IMG/VR virus record: IMGVR_UViG_3300042483_000388
From: a virus
Taxonomy: Duplodnaviria; Caudoviricetes
Direction: 5' to 3' (one strand)
Length of the DNA stretch: 64,000 bases
A model generated the notes under the pieces. That model searched no databases. It was not told the DNA's origin and saw only the letters and a program-made list of their open reading frames with translations. A program made the translations under genes and the position numbers. The stretch's first letter is position 1; every line of letters begins with the position of its first letter. Shown one piece after another: positions 1-6,686 of the stretch.

Positions 1-95
1 TGTTGTGATCGGTAATTTGGAGGACTCAAAAAAACTTAAACGTATTATAAAATCTGCATTCGAGATAAAATAAATTAAAAATATTTTACAAAGTG

Positions 96-127
96 TTTGG
101 CAAATCAAAAGTGATTATATATCTTTG
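96..127 (+). promoter_or_regulatory. Bacteroidota primary-sigma promoter (-33 TTTG / -7 TAnnTTTG)
   Basis: TTTG 96-99, 20-nt spacer, TATCTTTG 120-127; ATG follows at 132. Confidence 0.75.
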
Positions 128-131
128 TAAT

Positions 132-332
132 ATGGAAATAACAATTAACATACCCGATGGAGTTCTGAATAGATTGAAAGAACTTGAAATTACAGACGAA
201 AATATTCAAAAAGAAGTTCTAATTGATTTTATAAAAGATTCTTTGGATACAGATTACTTAAACGGTATGTCCGATAAATTCAGAAAATGGACATTAAATA
301 AAGAAAATATTAAAGTTTATTTGGCAGATTGA
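132..332 (+). CDS. hypothetical protein (66 aa)
   Basis: ORF-track 93..332 trimmed to ATG 132, just downstream of the promoter. Confidence 0.65.
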   Translation: MEITINIPDGVLNRLKELEITDENIQKEVLIDFIKDSLDTDYLNGMSDKFRKWTLNKENIKVYLAD

Positions 333-351
333 AATAAAATTCATAGATTTG
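320..351 (+). promoter_or_regulatory. Bacteroidota-type promoter driving the tRNA cluster
   Basis: TTTG 320-323, 20-nt spacer, TAGATTTG 344-351. Confidence 0.75.
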
Positions 352-532
352 TAAGAGAAACAACGGGGGTAGGAAGTGAGAGGTTGGTGTCCTACTCCCG
401 TGAAGAAAGAAGAAGTTCATTGAAATTAAAATATTGTGGTGGTAAGAAACGGGAAACTCGTAAAGTGCATTAACCTGTTGACATAAGATGGTGAAACGAG
501 AGTGTGTGTCAGCTACTTAACTACAAATAAAT

Positions 533-606
533 GGTGTGTGTAGCTCAATCGGAAGAGTGTCGGTTTGTGGAACCGAAGGTAGTGGGATCGTAACCCACCA
601 TTCGCC
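533..606 (+). tRNA. tRNA-His(GTG)
   Basis: Anticodon arm TCGGT-TTGTGGA-ACCGA; encoded G-1 (533) and C73 discriminator; T arm GTGGG/CCCAC; full CCA not encoded. Confidence 0.9.
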
Positions 607-618
607 CAAAAAGCACAC

Positions 619-691
619 ACGTCTGTAGCTCCAACGGTAGAGCATTGGTTTCCAAAACCAAGTGTTGGTGGTTCGAATCCATCCAGGCGTG
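619..691 (+). tRNA. tRNA-Trp(CCA)
   Basis: Acceptor ACGTCTG/CAGGCGT; anticodon arm TTGGT-TTCCAAA-ACCAA; GGTTCGAATCC T arm. Confidence 0.93.
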
Positions 692-766
692 CTAATAAGG
701 AAGTATATGAGAGTCCTGAATTGTACACAAAATATCCCTATTGACATCTCGGAAAGACGAGGACAT

Positions 767-840
767 AGTTAATTATCTCAGTTGGTTAGAGCGATTCCCT
801 GATACGGAATAGGTCATTGGTTCGAGTCCAGTATTAACTA
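767..840 (+). tRNA. tRNA-Ile(GAT)
   Basis: Acceptor AGTTAAT/ATTAACT; anticodon arm ATTCC-CTGATAC-GGAAT; TTCGA T loop. Confidence 0.9.
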
Positions 841-845
841 CATAT

Positions 846-918
846 CGCGGGATGTGGAAATTGGTCATCCGCTCGGTCTCATAAGCCGAGATTACAGGTT
901 CGAGCCCTGTTCCCGCAA
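846..918 (+). tRNA. tRNA-Met(CAT), initiator-like
   Basis: C1:A72 mismatch (CGCGGGA/TCCCGCA); anticodon loop CTCATAA; anticodon stem TCGGT/GCCGA. Confidence 0.88.
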
Positions 919-922
919 CTAA

Positions 923-1019
923 GTGTTGTTCCTGTGAGAAGGGAATGGAATAGTCAGGTGGGTATATAAACTTTACAATGGGTTATATTCACATTTGCAC
1001 AACACAGAGGACTTCTCAC
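923..1019 (+). ncRNA. unidentified pseudoknotted RNA between tRNAs
   Basis: GTGTTGT 923-929 pairs with ACAACAC 999-1005; GTGAGAAG 934-941 pairs with CTTCTCAC 1012-1019 (crossing helices). Confidence 0.55.
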
Positions 1020-1027
1020 CCTCAAAT

Positions 1028-1097
1028 AGTCAGGGGGCGTGTAGGAGAACGCAACCGATCATAAGGGAGAGAATAGGTTCGAATCCTGTCCTGACTA
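1028..1097 (+). ncRNA. degenerate tRNA-like element (intact acceptor, D and T arms; collapsed anticodon arm)
   Basis: AGTCAGG/CCTGACT acceptor; GCGT/ACGC D stem; ATAGG-TTCGAAT-CCTGT T arm; only 20 nt between D and T arms, poorly paired, contains ATCATAA. Confidence 0.7.
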
Positions 1098-1112
1098 CTA
1101 ACAGAAAAGAAT

Positions 1113-1241
1113 ATGAAAAATAAAAGAATGTTAATTAAAGTGGACCTATTAGGTTGTAAAAACATGAAAGAAGCTTGTAGAGTTGTAGATTATCTCAGAG
1201 ATGGTAAAATTAAATTATCCGTTGAAAAAATAAAGAAATGA
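1113..1241 (+). CDS. small hypothetical protein (42 aa)
   Basis: ATG 1113, MKNKRMLIKVDLLGC...; stop overlaps next start (ATGA). Confidence 0.55.
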   Translation: MKNKRMLIKVDLLGCKNMKEACRVVDYLRDGKIKLSVEKIKK

Positions 1242-1441
1242 TAAAGTGTGTTGACAGGGGGATATGGACTTGTATTAGTAATTCAGGTGTGTTAAAAAAA
1301 TCGTATGACAATTCTGATGCCGCAATTAGTGCTGCAAAATTAGTTAATAAATACGACCCAAAAGAAACAACAAAGTTAGTTGCGTACAAATGTACACATT
1401 GTCACAAATATCATTTATTAACGGTTAATAAAAAAAATTAA
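1238..1441 (+). CDS. small protein with C-terminal CxxC-x-x-x-H (Zn-finger-like) motif
   Basis: YKCTHCHKYHL; translationally coupled to upstream ORF. Confidence 0.65.
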   Translation: MIKCVDRGIWTCISNSGVLKKSYDNSDAAISAAKLVNKYDPKETTKLVAYKCTHCHKYHLLTVNKKN

Positions 1442-1448
1442 ATAATAT

Positions 1449-1602
1449 AGTCAGGTGGTGGAATGTTAGACACATAGTGACACGCACGGCAACCTTGAAT
1501 AAGTGCACTTTGAAAAGGCAATGCGAATGATGAAGAACACTACCTCACTGTGCGTAGGTAAAATTCAAAGTGTTCATACAGGTTAGAATCCTGTCCTGAC
1601 TA
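1449..1602 (+). ncRNA. tRNA-like RNA with ~100-nt structured insertion replacing the anticodon/variable arms
   Basis: Acceptor AGTCAGG/CCTGACT; D arm GTG-GAATGTTAGA-CAC; T arm ACAGG-TTAGAAT-CCTGT; insertion helix CACTTTGAA 1506-1514/TTCAAAGTG 1564-1572 and TACCT/AGGTA hairpin. Confidence 0.7.
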
Positions 1603-1605
1603 CAA

Positions 1606-1668
1606 AGGGGTAGAATATTAGTAAGGGCCTTTCCTGAAAGATGGCTAGCTAGGCCCGTGTCTACCCTT
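1606..1668 (+). ncRNA. small structured spacer RNA
   Basis: AGGGGTAGA/TCTACCCTT outer stem, GGGCCT/AGGCCC inner stem. Confidence 0.45.
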
Positions 1669-1674
1669 ATTTTT

Positions 1675-1746
1675 GGTCCCATCGACTATCGGTTAGGTCG
1701 TCAGGTTTTCATCCTGGAAAGTCGGGTTCGATTCCCGGTGGGACTA
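1675..1746 (+). tRNA. tRNA-Glu(TTC)
   Basis: Acceptor GGTCCCA/TGGGACT; anticodon loop TTTTCAT in TCAGG/CCTGG stem. Confidence 0.93.
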
Positions 1747-1826
1747 CTATAGCTAACCAAGCTTTACTACGATACGGGTTCATACCTGTGGGTTAGGGGT
1801 GACGATCAGGAAAGACTGATAAAGTT

Positions 1827-1899
1827 GGTCCCGTGGTTGAATGGTTACAATTCCACCCTGTCACGGTGCGAGATACGGGTTCGAATCCCGTCGGGACCG
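1827..1899 (+). tRNA. tRNA-Asp(GTC)
   Basis: Acceptor GGTCCCG/CGGGACC; anticodon loop CTGTCAC; GGGTTCGAATCCC T arm. Confidence 0.93.
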
Positions 1900-1925
1900 C
1901 AAAACATTTTAAAAAAATAACTATT

Positions 1926-2195
1926 ATGAAAAAATTTGAAGATTTAGAGTTTGAAAAAATTGAAGACGCACCATTCCAAATTGGTGTGAAGTGTCGAATG
2001 GTGTTTGAAAATGGATACGGTGTATCTGTTGTTTCTCACACACATTCATATGGCGGAAGGAAAGGTTTGTTTGAAGTTGCCGTTTTGGGTAAAGACGGTG
2101 ATATAACCTACGACACTCCTGTGACAAACGATGTGATTGGGTACTTGAATCCTGACGATGTTACTGACATTATGAAACAAGTTCAAGAATTATAA
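1926..2195 (+). CDS. conserved phage hypothetical protein (89 aa)
   Basis: Start at ATG 1926 (MKKFEDLEF); F-x-NGYGVSV and GLFEVAVL motifs; the track extension overlaps tRNA-Asp. Confidence 0.8.
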   Translation: MKKFEDLEFEKIEDAPFQIGVKCRMVFENGYGVSVVSHTHSYGGRKGLFEVAVLGKDGDITYDTPVTNDVIGYLNPDDVTDIMKQVQEL

Positions 2196-2202
2196 AAAAA
2201 GA

Positions 2203-2233
2203 TTTGGTAGTTTAAATAAATTACCTATATTTG
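2203..2233 (+). promoter_or_regulatory. Bacteroidota-type promoter
   Basis: TTTG 2203-2206, 19-nt spacer, TATATTTG 2226-2233. Confidence 0.7.
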
Positions 2234-2267
2234 TATGAGTATTAACTAAATTAAAAAAAAAAGAAAA

Positions 2268-2489
2268 ATGGGAAAAGGATCTGACAGAGGACGTTACATT
2301 TGTAAAGTGGGTTTTTATGATATCTACGCAAAAGACTCGATGGTAAACATTAAAGACAGGGGAAACAAAAAACAAGTTGGGAGTACTGAGTATAACGTAT
2401 ACCACGCAAAAAGATTAGTAGAGAAAGGATTTAAGACTAAGGACCTTGCGGTCATTAAATCTAATGAACTTTTACTTAAAAAAAAATAA
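2268..2489 (+). CDS. hypothetical basic protein
   Basis: 73-aa ORF downstream of promoter, A-rich leader. Confidence 0.65.
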   Translation: MGKGSDRGRYICKVGFYDIYAKDSMVNIKDRGNKKQVGSTEYNVYHAKRLVEKGFKTKDLAVIKSNELLLKKK

Positions 2490-2490
2490 T

Positions 2491-2700
2491 ATGAAAAAAA
2501 TTTTAGCAACCATACTTGGGTTTCTTATGTCTTCAATTGGAATCGTGTTTTGTTCCATTTACCTACAATATGAATTATCTATCGTTTCGTTAATTATAGG
2601 GTTATTTGGGTCAGTAATTCTTACTCCGGCGTTTACTTCTTGGAAAGAATATTTTATAACCATTTTTGAAAAAAACGATAAGCATGTGGATGATAATTAA
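2491..2700 (+). CDS. small membrane protein (2 TM)
   Basis: MKKILATILGFLMSSIGIVF...; two hydrophobic segments. Confidence 0.65.
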   Translation: MKKILATILGFLMSSIGIVFCSIYLQYELSIVSLIIGLFGSVILTPAFTSWKEYFITIFEKNDKHVDDN

Positions 2701-2778
2701 TATCCGTATTATGCTAATATTGGGGTTTAAACACTAACAAAATACATATTTATACTTATACTATAAAAAACATAAGCC

Positions 2779-2862
2779 ATGTCACCAGAGATTTACATTG
2801 CAGTCGGGATACCAATTTTATTTGTTGGTATTTTGATCTACTTACGATTTACCCACAAATAA
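2779..2862 (+). CDS. putative 27-aa single-TM peptide
   Basis: MSPEIYIAVGIPILFVGILIYLRFTHK. Confidence 0.4.
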   Translation: MSPEIYIAVGIPILFVGILIYLRFTHK

Positions 2863-2966
2863 AAATAATACAATTTAAAGGGTAAAATATAAAAATTTCC
2901 ATATAATTAAATAATTTATTGGGTCTCATTAGTATTTATAATAAAATAAACATTAAATATTTTATT

Positions 2967-3143
2967 ATGAAATTAACAAAAGATCAATTAATGGGGATTG
3001 TTAGACACGTAATCACATTTGTTGGTGGTATCCTTGTTACTAAAGGGTTAATTGACGATTCGACATTAACTGAGATTATTGGTGGAACTGTTGCATTATC
3101 AGGAGCCATTTGGTCAATCGTATCTAAAATCAAATCTAATTAA
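2967..3143 (+). CDS. putative holin-like small membrane protein (2 TM)
   Basis: MKLTKDQLMGIVRHVITFVGGILV...GAIWSIVSK; TATTTAT at 2933-2939. Confidence 0.6.
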   Translation: MKLTKDQLMGIVRHVITFVGGILVTKGLIDDSTLTEIIGGTVALSGAIWSIVSKIKSN

Positions 3144-3150
3144 TTAGAAT

Positions 3151-3180
3151 AAAAAAAAGGGTTCGTCTGAACCCTTTTTT
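3151..3180. terminator. intrinsic terminator (bidirectional form)
   Basis: A8-GGGTTC-GTCT-GAACCC-T6. Confidence 0.8.
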
Positions 3181-3205
3181 AAAGTATTAAATATTTATAG
3201 TTTAT

Positions 3206-3817
3206 ATGGAAAATGTTGCAACAATCATAATAGCGTTTATAACAGGTGTTTTAGGTCCGGTTACATTATTATATATAAAACATGTATTAGCTAAGAGGCA
3301 AGTTAAACCCGACATGGTTAAAGAAACTCTAAGGGTGAGTGAATTAGTTACCGCAAAAATAGAACATATAAAAGATGAATTTGACGCAGATCGTGTTTGG
3401 ATAACACAATTCCATAATGGGGGTAATTTCTACCCAACAGGGAAGTCAATGGCTAAATTCTCAATAATGTATGAAACCGTCCATCAAGGTGTTCAATCGG
3501 TTCAAAGTAATTTCAATAACATACCAGTTAATTTATTTTCAAAATCAATCAATGAATTATTAAGTAACGACATTATTGAAATTCCTGATTTTAAGGACGA
3601 TTCAATTGCAACATTTGGTTTAAAATATATTGCCGAAGATACGGGATGTAAATCTGGTTATTTATTTGCAATTAAGACGATTGATAATAGATTTATTGGT
3701 TCTTTAGGTTTAGATTACACAAAACGTAAGAAGAAATTGGACATGGAATCAATTAATCACCTACAAGTCCATGCAACATCGTTAGGTGGAGTTCTTATGA
3801 GACACTTAGAACAATAA
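3206..3817 (+). CDS. N-terminal TM + GAF-like domain protein (architecture like T4 holin T)
   Basis: TM residues ~5-25; RVWITQFHNGG...IGSLGLDY GAF-like pattern; late motif 3192-3198. Confidence 0.55.
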   Translation: MENVATIIIAFITGVLGPVTLLYIKHVLAKRQVKPDMVKETLRVSELVTAKIEHIKDEFDADRVWITQFHNGGNFYPTGKSMAKFSIMYETVHQGVQSVQSNFNNIPVNLFSKSINELLSNDIIEIPDFKDDSIATFGLKYIAEDTGCKSGYLFAIKTIDNRFIGSLGLDYTKRKKKLDMESINHLQVHATSLGGVLMRHLEQ

Positions 3818-3853
3818 TTTTGTAAATCACAATTTAATTCATATCTTTACTGT

Positions 3854-4342
3854 ATGAATATATTTTTTTTAGATCTAGACACAAAAAAATGTGCGGAATA
3901 TCATTGTGATAAACACGTAGTAAAAATGATTTTGGAAACAGCACAACTATTGTGTGGTGTTCATCATGTAATCGGAAACGATACAATACCTATACCATAC
4001 AAGTTATCTCACAAAAATCATCCCTGTGCAATTTGGTCTCGCGAGTCCTTACCCAATTATCTTTATTTATGTGATTTTGGTTTGGAGTTATGTAAAGAAT
4101 ATACATATCGTTATGGTAGACGACATAAGTCCCAGGACGTAATAGAGTGGTGTTTAATAAACAAACCAAATATTTCCGACACAGAGTTCACAGAACCACC
4201 CAAGGCTATGCCAGATGAGTATAAAGTTGATAGTGTGGTAGAATCCTATAGAAATTACTATATTGGTGCAAAGAAAGACTTCGCAAAATGGAAAAATAGG
4301 GAAATACCTGAATGGTTTTTAAACGAGGGAGTATTTATATAA
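3854..4342 (+). CDS. denV: pyrimidine-dimer DNA glycosylase (T4 endonuclease V/DenV family)
   Basis: MNIFFLD...HCDKHVVKMILETAQLL, HKNHPCAIW, YRNYY motifs. Confidence 0.85.
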   Translation: MNIFFLDLDTKKCAEYHCDKHVVKMILETAQLLCGVHHVIGNDTIPIPYKLSHKNHPCAIWSRESLPNYLYLCDFGLELCKEYTYRYGRRHKSQDVIEWCLINKPNISDTEFTEPPKAMPDEYKVDSVVESYRNYYIGAKKDFAKWKNREIPEWFLNEGVFI

Positions 4343-4357
4343 AAAATATAAATTAAC

Positions 4358-5176
4358 ATGGGTTTAAAAGTTTCAAGACAGGCATGTAATACTTCAGATC
4401 CTTGCTCCACTAATCCTGGTGTAAGCGGATGTATTAACGACTCAAATTTAAAATCGGTGGGTGTTGGTAGTCATAAACTACAAAAAGATGCTGCGGATGG
4501 TTTTATTAAGATGTACGCTGACATGCCTGCTGATATTAAAAGTTCGGTAAAATTATCGGATAGTTATAGACCATTAAAAGTTCAATGTAATATATTTGAT
4601 TTTGATCATTACGAAAGTACAGGTAAACGAAGAAAAAAAGGAACTAGTGGAACTCCTGTTGCAACACCAGGCGGATCAAACCATGGTTGGGGTAGAGCAA
4701 TTGATATATCCCCAAGTAATGTTCAAAAGTGGATTAAAGACAATGGAACAAAATATGGTTGGTGTTGGGGTGAAGTGAAATCAGAATCTTGGCATTTCAC
4801 ATTTTGCGGACCTGGACCAAATAGAGATAAAAACTGTGATAGCTTTTGTACAGGTAAAATGACTGTGAACACATCAACTAAAAGTTCATCTTCAGATGTA
4901 ACTGATAAAAAATCTGATACAACATCTTCAGATGTGACTGATAAAAAACCTGATACAACATCTTCAGATGTAACTGATAAAAAACCTGATACGGAAATAA
5001 AAACAAATGATAAAACAGATCCAGTTAACGATTTTGATTCCCTAATAAAAGATTTTGTTAGTTCAAAATTTAATATTCCCAAAAAAGATGAACCAAAAGA
5101 TAAAGAAGAAGTTGTTGCCGAAGGGTTAATACAAGAGATTTATAGAATTAAAGATATTATGAAAAAAATTCTTTAA
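4358..5176 (+). CDS. M15B/VanY-type Zn peptidase (peptidoglycan hydrolase) with Ser/Thr/Asp/Lys repeat linker
   Basis: DSYR, SNHGWGRAID (SxHxxGxAxD) and ESWH (ExxH) motifs. Confidence 0.85.
   Translation: MGLKVSRQACNTSDPCSTNPGVSGCINDSNLKSVGVGSHKLQKDAADGFIKMYADMPADIKSSVKLSDSYRPLKVQCNIFDFDHYESTGKRRKKGTSGTPVATPGGSNHGWGRAIDISPSNVQKWIKDNGTKYGWCWGEVKSESWHFTFCGPGPNRDKNCDSFCTGKMTVNTSTKSSSSDVTDKKSDTTSSDVTDKKPDTTSSDVTDKKPDTEIKTNDKTDPVNDFDSLIKDFVSSKFNIPKKDEPKDKEEVVAEGLIQEIYRIKDIMKKIL
4887..4992 (+). repeat. 36-nt in-frame tandem repeat x3 (SSDVTDKK[S/P]DT)
   Basis: CATCTTCAGATGT starts at 4887, 4923, 4959. Confidence 0.9.
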
Positions 5177-5234
5177 TATATTTGACTCATCCAATCATTT
5201 AACATATCTTTTCATTATATAAAAAATAAAACAT

Positions 5235-5393
5235 ATGAACGAAGGAATTAAAGAAATAGAGATGTATTATTACATCGTAAATGGTAAACAACTATGGACA
5301 TCAAATGAGTTATTTGCTCACATTAGAGCAAACCATTATGGATCAGAAAATGTTTATATTGAAAAAATAAACACATCAGATTTGACAAATTAA
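5235..5393 (+). CDS. small hypothetical protein (52 aa)
   Basis: MNEGIKEIEMYYYIVNGKQLW...; promoter variant TTTG 5181/TATCTTTT 5205 upstream. Confidence 0.55.
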   Translation: MNEGIKEIEMYYYIVNGKQLWTSNELFAHIRANHYGSENVYIEKINTSDLTN

Positions 5394-5512
5394 AATAAAG
5401 TCATTATCTTTGTAAGACAAATGAGGTAGATAACAGTTCAGACACAAGTCTCAAAAAAAAATAAAAAAGTTTAGAAAAAATTTGGAAAATTCAAAAAGTA
5501 TTCTTATCTTTG
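5381..5512 (+). promoter_or_regulatory. two tandem Bacteroidota-type promoters upstream of the large ncRNA
   Basis: TTTG 5381-5384/TATCTTTG 5405-5412 and TTTG 5481-5484/TATCTTTG 5505-5512, both with 20-nt spacers. Confidence 0.8.
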
Positions 5513-5516
5513 TAAA

Positions 5517-6425
5517 ACAAATCGGAAACGTCCGATAACGTTCTTTGAAAATTTAGATATTATCCGTTCAGGATTAGGTTAAGAACCTTCGGGTTTAAGA
5601 GTGAAACTGATAAAGATATTGGGCCGTGTATAGTCCATAAAATAAACTACGAAAGTAGGATAAAGTGAATCCACAAGTGTAACGGGTTTGCGTCTTAATA
5701 GTCTTCGGAATATTGAGGTCGAGTACACAGGCGAGATACCATAAGATCTTTAGTACCGAGGCCAACGGTGTAGGGAAAGTGATTTTATGACGAGGTGATG
5801 TGGGTCATCTTGTTGAGGAGGGAACTCCAATAGGAATAACTCGTAGGGACGTTGCAAGAATCAATATTTCCAATGTTGTTATTGCGGGTTCCAGTATCAA
5901 AGGATACTTAAAACCGAAAGGTATGTTAATGTACGGGTGGTGCCGTTATTAACCTTAACCGACTTCTACCAAGGGGTTAGTTTCGAAGTAGTCTTGAAAT
6001 ATTGAAATGGGGACATTTCACGGAGTTGTTTGGTATTTTGTTATTCAAAAGATAATGAAGCTTAAGACGGACCACAACTTTGATCAATCCACAACACAAA
6101 AACTTTTATAGAAAAGGTAAAACTTATAACTAAAAAGCAAAAGTGTTCGTCACGATATAACGGAAGTTACCCACCTATTCACTGGCTGTCAGTGGAACGT
6201 GATAACCGCAAGTTTGACCGTATTTTTATGAAAAATCTCTAGGTCGTCGAAGACCGAACCAGGACGCAATCTTGGGGAGACAGGAGTAGTAAGAGAGTAG
6301 TTGTATCGTCAAGGGGTGATTGGTCTAACCAATCGGTAATGAGTGTTACGGGACAAAATCCTGTGGATAAGAGTAGAACCAATAATGACTCGAAAGACAC
6401 TTACAAAAACTGTAATCTCAGGTTT
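5517..6425 (+). ncRNA. large (~900 nt) structured non-coding RNA, GOLLD/ROOL-like
   Basis: No ORF of 60 aa or more; visibly G/C-richer than flanks; many GNRA/UUCG hairpins (5584-5595, 5647-5658, 5817-5828, 5913-5922, 6003-6020, 6178-6197, 6318-6334); own promoters; ends at U-tract; near tRNAs and tmRNA. Confidence 0.75.
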
Positions 6426-6461
6426 TTATTTTTAACATAAACTTTAAATTTAATTGAAAGC

Positions 6462-6635
6462 ATGCAAAAATTAATTCTCTTATCTATTGCTATTTTTACG
6501 ACAATCACTCTTATGACTGCTTGTGGTGAAAACGGAAATGGAACAACAACTGAAGTTTCAAGTCAAGATGTAACAAACGTATCAGATTCTACTTTAACAA
6601 CAAGTGAAGTTGTTTCTGACACAACAAAAAAATAA
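6462..6635 (+). CDS. small lipoprotein (57 aa)
   Basis: MQK + hydrophobic core + MTA-C lipobox, then Ser/Thr-rich tail. Confidence 0.65.
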   Translation: MQKLILLSIAIFTTITLMTACGENGNGTTTEVSSQDVTNVSDSTLTTSEVVSDTTKK

Positions 6636-6650
6636 TTTTATATTATTTTA

Positions 6651-6681
6651 AAACGGAACCTACCTTTTGGTGGGTTTTTTT
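6651..6681 (+). terminator. intrinsic terminator
   Basis: AACCTACC-TTTT-GGTGGGTT followed by T-run. Confidence 0.7.
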
Positions 6682-6686
6682 GTGCT

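Noticed and set aside
513-747. ORF-track ORFs 513..728 and 517..747 (-)
   Set aside because: They are antisense to tRNA-His and tRNA-Trp; shadow ORFs
923-1019. HDV-like (theta) or hammerhead ribozyme
   Set aside because: 57 nt separate the P2-like 5' strand from the P1 3' strand (HDV needs about 13), and there is no CUGAUGA/GAAA core
1449-1602. Ordinary class II tRNA (Leu/Ser/Tyr/Sec) or tRNA with a group I intron
   Set aside because: No 5-bp stem with a 7-nt anticodon loop after the D arm, and the ~100-nt insert is too short for a group I core
1833-1925. N-terminal extension of ORF 1833..2195
   Set aside because: Overlaps tRNA-Asp; the real start is ATG 1926
5517-6425. rRNA fragment, RNase P RNA or group I/II intron
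   Set aside because: No recognisable rRNA universal motifs, no GAGGAAAGUCC P4 signature, and it does not interrupt a gene; not excluded without a covariance search
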